From positions 1 through 39,694 of the forward strand of contig CABMCB010000014.1 of NCBI GenBank assembly GCA_902384455.1: DNA of 39,694 nt. The letters are read 5' to 3'. Under the pieces are notes generated by a model that had not been told where the DNA came from, ran no database searches, and worked only from the letters and a program-made list of their open reading frames with translations. Position 1 is the stretch's first letter. The number at the start of each line of letters is the position of its first letter. Positions 27,661-36,466 of the stretch are shown piece after piece. The translations under genes were made by a program, and so were the position numbers. Source of the stretch: an uncultured archaeon (GTDB lineage: Archaea; Altiarchaeota; Altiarchaeia; IMC4; SCGC-AAA252-I15).

Positions 27661-28629
27661 ATGAAAACCGAAGGGGACCTGTTCAGCTTCTACTCACAGA
27701 AGCTGTCGGCAGACTTGGCGGACCTTGAATCCCAAAGGAAAAAAATAGTAACTAAAGTCATTGTGTTGTCTGCCGCAGTTTTTTTGTTTTGGGGTGCTTC
27801 AGGGCTTCTGCTTCTGTTTATAGCGCCTCCGTTGGTTATTCTCTCCGTTTTTTTCTTCATGTCTGTTTGGGGCGTAGGCTATCATCTTCTGACGCAAGGA
27901 TACCGGCAGCAGTTTAAGGAGTCTGTGGTGCGAAAACTCATCCGTTTCATAGACGAAAACCTCGCATACTCCCCCAGCCAAGGCATAAAACAAGAAACAT
28001 TCATGCGAAGCCGCATATTCACAATTTACCCAGACCGCTACGCCTCAGACGACTATGTCTCAGGCACAGTCGGGAAAACAGCAATAGCATTCTCAGACGT
28101 CCACGCGCAACAACGGACTGAAACAAGAGACAGCCGAGGACGCCGGTACGTAACGTACACCACAATATTCAAAGGCGTATTCTTCGTCGCCGACTTCAAC
28201 AAAAACTTCAAAGGAACAACACTCGTGCTGCCCGACACCGCCCAACGGCTACTGGGCACAGTACTCGGCTCAGCACTACAATCACACAACTTCGCGCGGC
28301 CGCCTCTTGTGAAGCTTGAGGACCCCGAGTTCGAGAAAATGTTCGTTGTCTACGGCGACGACCAAATTGAAGCCCGATACATCCTCTCCACAAGCATGAT
28401 GGCGCGCATCGCGGAATTCAAGAAGAAGAGCAAGAAAGACATATACCTGTCTTTCGTAGACGACAAAGTGATGATGGCGATTCCTTATTCAAAAGACATG
28501 TTCGAACCACATATCCTTAAATCCCTCCTGGATTTTGGCACCCTAGACGAATACTTCGACAACATCCAGATAATAGTAGGCCTTGTCGAAGACCTAAACC
28601 TGAACACAAGAATCTGGGGAAAACAATAA
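27661..28629 (+). CDS. DUF3137 family membrane protein
   Basis: Two TMs, D...G, IFKGVF..DFNK.F.G.T, VKLEDPEFEK.F.VY..DQIEARYILS..M, LN.RIW. Common lemA partner. Confidence 0.85.
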   Translation: MKTEGDLFSFYSQKLSADLADLESQRKKIVTKVIVLSAAVFLFWGASGLLLLFIAPPLVILSVFFFMSVWGVGYHLLTQGYRQQFKESVVRKLIRFIDENLAYSPSQGIKQETFMRSRIFTIYPDRYASDDYVSGTVGKTAIAFSDVHAQQRTETRDSRGRRYVTYTTIFKGVFFVADFNKNFKGTTLVLPDTAQRLLGTVLGSALQSHNFARPPLVKLEDPEFEKMFVVYGDDQIEARYILSTSMMARIAEFKKKSKKDIYLSFVDDKVMMAIPYSKDMFEPHILKSLLDFGTLDEYFDNIQIIVGLVEDLNLNTRIWGKQ

Positions 28630-28645
28630 GCGGGAAATCCGCAGC

Positions 28646-29128
28646 TTACTCCGTAAGCTGCTTATCGTATTCGCCCGCGGCAACAGCCTTAATAGCGTCC
28701 TTATAATTCTTCCCTTCAACCGTAATTCCAGCGGCACCAGCAACCCCGATAACCTCCTTGACGGCGGCCTTAAGGTCCTTGGCGTTCAAACTGTCCCTCT
28801 TCATCTTCGCCACCTTAACGACCTTATCCAAAGGCAAGTTCCCAACCGGAGTCTTCTTGTCGCCAGCTCCCTTATCGGCTCCCAACTCCTTCTTAAGAAG
28901 CTCGGCCGTAGGGGGGCTTCCGACCACAATCTCATAAGACTTGTCGGACGGCTCTATGATGATTTTAACCGGCACCTTCATTCCCTTGAAGTCAGCCGTC
29001 TTCTTGTTGATGTCTGCGACCACTTTAGCGGTGTTGACGCCTGTGGGGCCTAATGCTGGGCCTAAAGGCGGTGCGGGAGTTGCGTTTCCTCCTTCGACCA
29101 TAACGTCTACTGTCTGTTTCTTAGCCAT
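28646..29128 (-). CDS. rpl11: Ribosomal protein uL11
   Basis: GG.ATPAPPLGPALGP.G.N, IN..T..F.GM.VPV, PP...L. Confidence 0.97.
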   Translation of the reverse strand: MAKKQTVDVMVEGGNATPAPPLGPALGPTGVNTAKVVADINKKTADFKGMKVPVKIIIEPSDKSYEIVVGSPPTAELLKKELGADKGAGDKKTPVGNLPLDKVVKVAKMKRDSLNAKDLKAAVKEVIGVAGAAGITVEGKNYKDAIKAVAAGEYDKQLTE

Positions 29129-29648
29129 TTCTTTCCTCCTCTGTTTCCTCTTTCTTAATCTTTCTGATGTCGTCTCCTCTGATTATGACCGGGATGGGAA
29201 CCGCGGCCTCTATGAGTTCGACGGTGATTTCGTTTTTGTCTTTGTCTATCTTTGCGATGCGCGCCTTCTCGCCCTTGAATGGTCCTGCGACGAGCTCTAC
29301 GAGGTCGCCGCGGTTGACTTCGGTGACGACGGGAGTCGGTATGAGCATCTCCTGCAGTTCGTCTATGCCTATGGTGCCTGCGGACTCCAAATTGCCTTTC
29401 TGAGTCAGAAGGAGGCCTCGGGTCTTGGGCACGCCTCTTGCGAGGTCTTCGACTGTGCCTGGGCCGTCGGCTTCCACGAGGACGTATCCTTTGAGGCCTG
29501 TGGTGTATAGGACGCTGTAGACTTTTCCGCCTTCTTTTTCTATTTCGGTTTTTCTGCTTTTTGCTTCCCTGTACAGTAGCTCCGCTACCACTCGCTCTTG
29601 TCCTGCGGTGGCGCGTACTACATAAATGTTAGGTTGAGTTGATTCCAT
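29121..29648 (-). CDS. spt5: Transcription elongation factor Spt5 (NusG)
   Basis: NGN domain (T.GQE..VA, LKGYV.VE) and KOW domain (GD.VE...GPFKGEKA). Confidence 0.95.
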   Translation of the reverse strand: MESTQPNIYVVRATAGQERVVAELLYREAKSRKTEIEKEGGKVYSVLYTTGLKGYVLVEADGPGTVEDLARGVPKTRGLLLTQKGNLESAGTIGIDELQEMLIPTPVVTEVNRGDLVELVAGPFKGEKARIAKIDKDKNEITVELIEAAVPIPVIIRGDDIRKIKKEETEEERNG

Positions 29649-29660
29649 TTCAATCGTCTC

Positions 29661-29837
29661 TTATCCGCGGAGAACCTGTGCCACAAGGATTACTATGAAT
29701 CCTAATGTGCCGATGATTATCATGCCGGCTCCCGTGATTTTCGCAGTCTCCCAGAACTCGCTTTGTTTGGGTTTGCGGGTGAGGCGGATGATGCGCGACG
29801 TCTCCGATATGGCGAATGACAATGAGGGCAGTTTCAT
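29661..29837 (-). CDS. secE: Protein translocase subunit SecE/Sec61-gamma (58 aa)
   Basis: Not in ORF track. Manual translation MKLPSLSFAISETSRIIRLTRKPKQSEFWETAKITGAGMIIIGTLGFIVILVAQVLRG. Canonical ftsZ-secE-spt5 synteny. Confidence 0.93.
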   Translation of the reverse strand: MKLPSLSFAISETSRIIRLTRKPKQSEFWETAKITGAGMIIIGTLGFIVILVAQVLRG

Positions 29838-29838
29838 A

Positions 29839-30972
29839 TTATACGGATTTCAAGCCCATGTCGTGTCGTTCAGCGGTGTTCTGGTCTACGAATTCCTCAA
29901 GCTCCTGCTCGTAGCCAGGCACTGCGACACCGGACAGAACGATCATTACGCGGATTATGTTGCGGTCCAAGTTTTCATCCAGTTGAGCGCCCCATATGAT
30001 TTCTGCGTTGGGGCTTATGCGCTCGGACACATGGCGGACGATCTTCTCGGCTTCCTCAAGCGTCATGTCGCGGCTTCCTATGATGTTTATTAGGGCGCCT
30101 GTGGCCGAGCTTATGTCGGTGTCCAAAAGCGGTGAGTTGAGTGCGCGTTCGATGGCTTCTTGGGCGCGGGTTTCTGCGGTTGCGTCTCGGCTGCTTTCGC
30201 CCAAACCAATCATTGCCGTGCCGCCGTCGCGCATTATGGTGCGTACGTCTGCGAAATCGAGGTTGACGAGGCCTGGAATAGTCACCATCTCGGTTATGCC
30301 CTTGACTGCGTTCGCCAAAACCTGGTCTGCAACCTTGAACGCGGCGTTAATCGGCAAACTGGGTGCAATATCCAGCAGGCGGTCGTTGGGTATGACAATG
30401 ACTGTGTCGCAATGCTTCCTAAGCTTCCTTAGGCCCTTCAAAGCGTTGCCTGCGCGCACGCGGCCTTCCACCGTAAACGGTAGTGTGACTACGCCGATGG
30501 TTAGTGCCTGTACGTCTTTTCCTATTTCTGCGACTACTGGAGCGGATCCTGTTCCTGTCCCCCCTCCCATGCCGCATGTTATGAAAACGAGGTCGCTTCC
30601 CCTTAGGGCTTCCGCGACTTTCTCCACGTCGGCTTCAGCGCATTGTTCCCCGACGTCGGGGTCGTTTCCTGCGCCTACTCCGCCTGTTATTGACGCTCCA
30701 ATAAGAAGTTTCTTTCCGGCTTTGCTGTGGAGCAAATGAAGCGCATCAGTGTTAACCGCTATTACTTCCCCGCCTTCAACGCCCAGCTCAAGGAGCCTGT
30801 CTATGGTGTTGGTTCCGGCGCCGCCGCAACCGACCACTTTAATGCGGGTCTTAATTCCCTCAACAATACGCCTAAGCTCATCGTCCTGAGTCGAATCCTG
30901 ACCGTAAGACTGAGGTGTCTTCTGACCTGAAAGTGCCGTAGCATTAATTGCTTGTTGAATAATAGCGTCCAC
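29839..30972 (-). CDS. ftsZ: Cell division protein FtsZ (FtsZ1-type context)
   Basis: VVGCGGAG.N, NTD, GMGGGTGTG, PF..EG, NLDFAD. GTG start with GGTGAT SD. Confidence 0.97.
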   Translation of the reverse strand: MDAIIQQAINATALSGQKTPQSYGQDSTQDDELRRIVEGIKTRIKVVGCGGAGTNTIDRLLELGVEGGEVIAVNTDALHLLHSKAGKKLLIGASITGGVGAGNDPDVGEQCAEADVEKVAEALRGSDLVFITCGMGGGTGTGSAPVVAEIGKDVQALTIGVVTLPFTVEGRVRAGNALKGLRKLRKHCDTVIVIPNDRLLDIAPSLPINAAFKVADQVLANAVKGITEMVTIPGLVNLDFADVRTIMRDGGTAMIGLGESSRDATAETRAQEAIERALNSPLLDTDISSATGALINIIGSRDMTLEEAEKIVRHVSERISPNAEIIWGAQLDENLDRNIIRVMIVLSGVAVPGYEQELEEFVDQNTAERHDMGLKSV

Positions 30973-31153
30973 TTACATCACCCAAATACCCCACATACTG
31001 CGGGCAGTATCTTTATGGGGCGGGAAATATAAATACGCCGAACGGATATAAAAACCACTTTTCAGCCAAAACATGAGCAAGTAAGCGCAAAAAACCCCCA
31101 AAACAAAACCCGCGAATATTTAAAAGGAATAGTGTCCATAGTATTGTCCACCC

Positions 31154-31411
31154 ATGAAGGCCAACATCATAAACTACAGGCGCGGCCGCAGAACGCAGAC
31201 TTGCAATCAGATAGTCCTCACTGTGGAGGGCGTTGACAGCAAGGAGAAGGCCGCACAGTTGGTCGGTAAGGTAGTTACGTGGAAGACTCCGGCTGGGAAT
31301 GCGATTTCCGGCAAGGTTTCGCGTGTTCACGGGAGTAAGGGTGCTATCTTGGCCAGCTTCTATAAGGGGCTTCCGGGTCAGGCGCTCGGCACTGAAGCTT
31401 CTGTGGATTGA
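31154..31411 (+). CDS. rpl35ae: Ribosomal protein eL33 (L35Ae)
   Basis: YRRG..TQ..NQ, GK...W, GK..R.HG..G...F..GLPGQALG. Confidence 0.93.
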   Translation: MKANIINYRRGRRTQTCNQIVLTVEGVDSKEKAAQLVGKVVTWKTPAGNAISGKVSRVHGSKGAILASFYKGLPGQALGTEASVD

Positions 31412-31474
31412 TTTTGTTCGGTGTTGTCGCGCGTGCACCCATTTATACTCTTCCTGCGTTATTGTAATGCCTTT

Positions 31475-31551
31475 GCCGCCCTAGCTCAGCCTGGGAGAGC
31501 ACTCGGCTGAAGACCGAGGTGTCGCGAGTTCAAATCTCGCGGGCGGCACCA
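31475..31551 (+). tRNA. tRNA-Phe(GAA)
   Basis: GCCGCCC TA GCTC..GAGC A CTCGG CT GAA GA CCGAG..GCGAG TTCAAAT CTCGC GGGCGGC A CCA. TATA-like TTTATA at about 31442. Confidence 0.97.
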
Positions 31552-31562
31552 TTTCATTCAAC

Positions 31563-32402
31563 GTGGATCCTCAAGACCTTCCGGGCAAAGGGCAAAGGAA
31601 AGGGCCAATCGTATTCTTTCAACAGGCTGGGTCAGTTTATGGCGCGGCCGAGGTGACTCAACTTCTTCCCGGCTTAATGGAGGGCGCCGGCATAGCTCTT
31701 GAAGCCGGCCTATGGCATCAGTCGGGCCGTGACGCCGACTTAAGGGAGATGGCGAGAAAACGCGGTTTATTCCAGAGTGAATTCGATGTTCAACCAGTAT
31801 CCTTCCATGAGGCCGAGAAAAATCCGTTGGGGCTCCCAACTGCGGTAGTGCCCGTTTACGAGATACATGACTTGACAAAAAGGCCATCAATACGGTCTGC
31901 TCCAAAGCATTTTGAGGTGGATATGGTTTCTGATACGGCTCATTTTACTAGAATCGATCCTTTGTCTTCGCCGGTTTCGGCAGTATCCATGCAATTCGGG
32001 AGTGTTTTATACGGTGTAGTGCGTAGGATGGCGCCGCTTCCTATTGGTGTGGCAATCGAAGGGGATAACGTCTGGCGTATAAATGAAGCGTTTGACGACA
32101 CTCTGGAGCACGCTCTTAAAGAAATGCGAAGAAGCCGAAGAAGCACGACCAAATATGTGAAGGCCCTCTCTGATTTCCTAAATGACGTTGGCGATCCTGA
32201 AGGTTCGTGTTTAGCTAGAAACTACGTCTTAGTCGACGATAGAATAATGTTACGCTCCTCGACTTGGGTGAAGAATATACGGGATATGACGGACACAAGC
32301 TCGGCGAACGCCGTAACCCAAATACTCACCCCTAGAGAATTCGATCAATTCAAAAGATTCTGGAGTGAAGGCCGAGAAGACGGCAGGTTCCTCACAGGTT
32401 AA
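31563..32402 (+). CDS. Hypothetical protein
   Basis: 279-aa ORF (GTG start) directly after tRNA-Phe, no recognised motif. Confidence 0.6.
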   Translation: MDPQDLPGKGQRKGPIVFFQQAGSVYGAAEVTQLLPGLMEGAGIALEAGLWHQSGRDADLREMARKRGLFQSEFDVQPVSFHEAEKNPLGLPTAVVPVYEIHDLTKRPSIRSAPKHFEVDMVSDTAHFTRIDPLSSPVSAVSMQFGSVLYGVVRRMAPLPIGVAIEGDNVWRINEAFDDTLEHALKEMRRSRRSTTKYVKALSDFLNDVGDPEGSCLARNYVLVDDRIMLRSSTWVKNIRDMTDTSSANAVTQILTPREFDQFKRFWSEGREDGRFLTG

Positions 32403-32638
32403 TCTATTCTTTTAATTATTTTCTAACGTTTAGGTAGTAAATCAATTTTTTTCTGTAGAAACTTTAATGTTAAAATTATTTTTTACTAATAAAAGCAGAA
32501 TGCCGAAGCCATCATAATCAAAAACACAAAATTAAATAATTTCTTTATAATAATCATCAAAAAATCATTGTATTTTTATATAACTTCTGTACAATAAAGT
32601 ATCACAAATAATTAAAAACTTAAAAAATCGGTGAAAAA

Positions 32639-33964
32639 ATGCTTAAAAGAACATCTTTTATCTTATTGGCGTTTTTGTTTGCGGTAACCCTGGCAACATC
32701 CGCCTGCGGCGAAGACGCATCAACCATAAACACCGGCGACACCGCATGGGTCCTCATATCCGCAGCCCTCGTAATGCTCATGACCCCTGCCTTAGGGTTC
32801 TTCTACGGCGGAATGGTGCGGCGGAAAAACGCCCTCTCAATAATCACGCAATGCCTCATAATACTCGCGCTCATAAGCGTCCAATGGGTCCTATTCGGAT
32901 ACTCCCTATCATTCGGACAAGACATCGGCGGAATAATCGGCGGCCTAAACTTCATCGGACTAAAGGGGGTGGGTGCTCAACCGGACGCAAACTACAGCGC
33001 AACCATACCGGCGCTTGCATTCATGATTTTCCAGGCGATGTTCGCAGTCATAACGCCTGGGCTGATTGTTGGCGCGTTCGCTGACCGCATGAAATTTTCT
33101 TCGTTCCTCGTTTTCGTGCTACTTTGGGCGACACTCATCTACGACCCCATTGCCCACTGGGTATGGGGCACTGGAGGGTGGATTAGAAACATGGGCGCAC
33201 TCGACTTCGCAGGAGGAACAGTCGTCCACATATCCGCTGGAATATCAGCAGTGGTCGCCGCAATAATCATAGGCCGACGCCTTGAGCTCACTAACGGAAG
33301 CGATTTGCGTCCCCACGACATTACGATGACTATCCTTGGGGCATCTCTTCTGTGGTTTGGGTGGTTCGGATTCAACGCGGGAAGCGCATTGGGGGCTAAC
33401 GCTCTCGCAGTGCAGGCGTTCGTCGTGACGAACACCGCGGCTGCGGCGGCTGCAATATCTTGGATGCTGGTCTCTTGGGCTCACACTAAGAAGCCGTCGA
33501 GTTTGGGGATTGCGACGGGCGCAGTGTGCGGGCTTGTCGCCATAACTCCCGCATCAGGATTCGTCTCGGTCTCCGCATCCATAATCATAGGATTGATTGC
33601 GGGCGCAGTCTGTTACACGTCAGTGTTTCTCCTAAAGAGGCACACTCACATAGACGACGCACTCGATGTGTTGGGATGCCACGGAATAGGCGGCGCCACA
33701 GGCGCAGTGCTCACGGGCGTTTTCGCGCAGAAAGCAATCAACTCATCGGGAGCAGACGGACTGCTTGCCGGAAACGCAAGTTTGGTTTTAACGCAACTTA
33801 CTGCGGTCGCCGCAACAGCGCTTTACGCCGCAATAGGAACAGCCGTAATACTGAAAATCATCGACGTGACATTGGGACTGCGAGTGCAAAAGGAGGAGGA
33901 AATACTTGGGTTGGATTTGACGCAGCACGGTGAAGAAGCATACCCCGACATGGAAATAAGCTGA
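32639..33964 (+). CDS. amtB: Ammonium transporter
   Basis: FFYGG.VR.KN, FQ.MFA.IT, DFAGG.VVH, WFGWFGFNAGS, DD.LDV..HG..G. Both pore histidines present. GGTGA SD. Confidence 0.97.
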   Translation: MLKRTSFILLAFLFAVTLATSACGEDASTINTGDTAWVLISAALVMLMTPALGFFYGGMVRRKNALSIITQCLIILALISVQWVLFGYSLSFGQDIGGIIGGLNFIGLKGVGAQPDANYSATIPALAFMIFQAMFAVITPGLIVGAFADRMKFSSFLVFVLLWATLIYDPIAHWVWGTGGWIRNMGALDFAGGTVVHISAGISAVVAAIIIGRRLELTNGSDLRPHDITMTILGASLLWFGWFGFNAGSALGANALAVQAFVVTNTAAAAAAISWMLVSWAHTKKPSSLGIATGAVCGLVAITPASGFVSVSASIIIGLIAGAVCYTSVFLLKRHTHIDDALDVLGCHGIGGATGAVLTGVFAQKAINSSGADGLLAGNASLVLTQLTAVAATALYAAIGTAVILKIIDVTLGLRVQKEEEILGLDLTQHGEEAYPDMEIS

Positions 33965-33972
33965 GGCAAAAA

Positions 33973-34314
33973 ATGAAGTTGATTATCGCATACGTGAAGC
34001 CGGAACGCTTCAAGGAAGTCAAAAAAGAACTCTACAAAGCCGAAGTCTACAAAATGAGCGTAAGCAAAGTCCGAGGATGCGGAAGCCAAAAAGGATTCAT
34101 AGAAGTATTCAGGACCGCAGGCGAAGAAGTGAACTTGCTCCCTAAAATCCGCCTGGAAATAGCCGTCAACGAAGACTTCGTAGAGCCGACAATAGAAGCC
34201 ATAATGAAGGGCGCCCGCACCGGCGAAGTCGGCGACGGAAAAATATTCGTCATAGCGCTCACGGAATGCGTAAGAATCCGAACCGGAGAAAGAGGCGGAA
34301 CAGCAATAGGATAA
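33973..34314 (+). CDS. glnK: P-II nitrogen regulatory protein
   Basis: V.G.G.QKG, LPK..LEI.V, ARTG..GDGKIFV, RIRTGE.G. Confidence 0.95.
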   Translation: MKLIIAYVKPERFKEVKKELYKAEVYKMSVSKVRGCGSQKGFIEVFRTAGEEVNLLPKIRLEIAVNEDFVEPTIEAIMKGARTGEVGDGKIFVIALTECVRIRTGERGGTAIG

Positions 34315-34327
34315 AAGGAGGAAGAAG

Positions 34328-34567
34328 ATGACGACACCCTACAAAGTGAAATTCGAAGCGGAAATCAACCCGAAAATAAAAGAAGAAATGGACTACTGGG
34401 GACTCGACCCCCAAGACGTAATCAAAGCCGCAATAGAATACAACATCATAAACGCAATCAAACGCCAAACAGACAACAGATGCCGCAAATGCAAAAAAAC
34501 GCTACAACACAGCATACCAAAAGACAAACGCAGCGAAATCAAAGGAGGATTCTGCACGTGCGGATAA
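34328..34567 (+). CDS. Small hypothetical protein with possible Zn-finger (CxxC...CxC)
   Basis: 79-aa ORF, AGGAGG SD, CRKC and CTC motifs. Confidence 0.65.
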   Translation: MTTPYKVKFEAEINPKIKEEMDYWGLDPQDVIKAAIEYNIINAIKRQTDNRCRKCKKTLQHSIPKDKRSEIKGGFCTCG

Positions 34568-34594
34568 ACTAATAGCAGAAATAGCGGGAGGAAT

Positions 34595-35617
34595 TTATTT
34601 TCCGTCAGGGTTCTTGATTTCCCTCGGTTTTCTGTATGGCATGTGGCTTATTAGTTGGCTTAGGCGTTCTTTGGTGACTACTGTTTCGTCTCCGAGTGTT
34701 AGTTCCAGTTTTTTGGTGGTCTGGCCTATTTCGACTATTGGGCAGTGGTGTGCGGCTGCTGTTTTGACTATTTTGGGTACGTCTTTTTTTGCGACGAATA
34801 TGAGGTATGTTCCCATGTATCGGCTTAGGCGGCTGTATGGTATGCTTGTTATGTTTGCTCCTTTGCGGCTTTTGACGAGCACTTCCATTAGGTTTCCGAA
34901 CCATCCGCCTCTGCTTGCGTCTTTGCTTGCGTGAACGTCGATTCCCTGAGTTAGGATGTCGAGGTATGTTTCGAATTTCTTTTTGGCGCGAAACACTCTT
35001 TCTCCTGTCGAACCTTCTACGACGTCCCCCAGCATCAGTATTCTGTCGCCTGCGCGCGCTCCTCCGTCGGGGACGGGCTTGGCGACAAGCTCTCCTACGA
35101 CAAAGAAGCTGACGCACGGAGTCAGATTATTTTCCATCTGAGTGTTCCCGCCAAGCACGGGAACTCCAAGGCCCAAAGACTGCTTCTTTATGTCCTCGGC
35201 GACCTCATTCGCTTCTTCGATGCTGCCTACTTGCATGCTGTCCAGAGCGTAAAGAGGCCGTCCTCCCATGACTACGATGTCGCTGCACGTGTGGACGAGG
35301 CCGGTCTTCCTTCCTATTTTGAGGGGGTATGGTCCTTCCATGTTTACGACTGTGTTTCCTACGATGACTGCGTCGTCTCCTTGTTGTATGCCGAATCGGA
35401 GGTTTTTGACGTGGTCGTCCATGTGCCAGAATATTTTACGGAGGCGATGTGTTTCGCCCATGTGGGCTATTCCCCTCTCCATCTCCTCCTTTATTCCTCC
35501 TGGCGCTTCGTCGTATGGTTCTTCTTCAGTCATCTTTTTTGGTGGCTGCTCTTTGGGCGGCAAGAGCGTGCCGTGCTTTCAGCGGTTGTTCGCGTCATCA
35601 TATGTCAGGTCGCCCAT
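34595..35617 (-). CDS. AIR synthase-related (PurM/SelD/ThiL/HypE fold) protein; in-frame TGA at codon 13 if started at ATG 35617 (alternative starts TTG 35563, ATG 35533)
   Basis: GDDAV, SDIVVMGG.P, LGGNT, G...GD, KDASRGG. Upstream frame reads MGDLTYDDANNR*KHGTLLPPKEQ. Confidence 0.85.
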
Positions 35618-35694
35618 CAATCATCATTAAGCAGTTACTATTCGCCGTCCCCCCTCTAAAAGCCTTTTTACCTGCCGCGCGCAGTAATAACGAA

Positions 35695-36411
35695 ATGCCT
35701 GCGTCGGTGCTATTGCTTCTGCCTGCTTTAAACGAGGAGAAGGCGCTTCAGGCGTTGTCTAAAGAAATCCCCAAGAAATACTCTGTTGTCGTGGTGGATT
35801 CCCAAAGCACAGACGGAACAGTCGAAGTCGCACGCTCACTCGGCTACGCCGCAATACCTGTTTCATACGGCCGCGGCAAGGGTAGTGGGGTGCGCACTGG
35901 AATGGATTATTTTCTTAAGGGGCGTTGGGATTATCTTGCGCTTATTGACTGCGATTATTCTGATGACCCTGCTGACGTGGAGGGTGCTATAAAGTTCCTT
36001 AAAGACAGCGGGCTTGATGTTGTGATGGGCATTAGGGACATGAGGAAGCAGCATCGTTTTTTGGGCGTCGCTACGGCGGTGGTTAAGTCGGTTATGCCGC
36101 CGCTGTCTCGTCTTGCCATAGGCCGGCGCATATCCGACCCGGTCACAGGATTCTATGTTTTCCGCCGTAGCGCTGTGGAGGCGGTGCTTCCTTCTTTGCG
36201 GTGCGTGGACTTCGAGTTCGATTTTGAAGTGATATACCACATGTGGCGGCTTGGAATCCGGTTCGGAGAGTACCCAGTCAACTTTAGGAGGCGGATTGGG
36301 GTGACAAAATTCACACATCTTTTGCGCCTTAAGCACTTTTATTACGCCGGAAAATACACGGCATTTTCATTGAGAGACAGGATTACCGGCACCGCAAAAA
36401 TCAAAGCGTGA
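35695..36411 (+). CDS. GT2 glycosyltransferase, polyprenol-phosphate mannosyltransferase (DPM1)-like
   Basis: LPALNEE, VVD..S.DGT, GKG, DCD, G.R, D...GF, R.G..K. Start re-assigned to ATG 35695. Confidence 0.85.
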   Translation: MPASVLLLLPALNEEKALQALSKEIPKKYSVVVVDSQSTDGTVEVARSLGYAAIPVSYGRGKGSGVRTGMDYFLKGRWDYLALIDCDYSDDPADVEGAIKFLKDSGLDVVMGIRDMRKQHRFLGVATAVVKSVMPPLSRLAIGRRISDPVTGFYVFRRSAVEAVLPSLRCVDFEFDFEVIYHMWRLGIRFGEYPVNFRRRIGVTKFTHLLRLKHFYYAGKYTAFSLRDRITGTAKIKA

Positions 36412-36466
36412 CAAGCCATTTATCCAGTATTCGCCTTTTTGTTTCTGTCTCGCATATCTTACCGCA

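Noticed and set aside
31475-34567. Integrative element at tRNA-Phe
   Set aside because: An orphan gene and an AT-rich spacer follow the tRNA, but no integrase or att direct repeat was found by eye.
34595-35563. Calling this gene purM, thiL or canonical selD
   Set aside because: It shares only fold-level motifs and lacks PurM DGVGTK, the ThiL signature and the SelD G(C/U)xxK and DFF motifs.
35449-35694. Long N-terminal extensions in the ORF track (also 10568-10708, 16704-16763, 23067-23180, 2262-2288)
   Set aside because: They overlap neighbouring genes or promoters. Downstream ATGs fit the family N-termini better.
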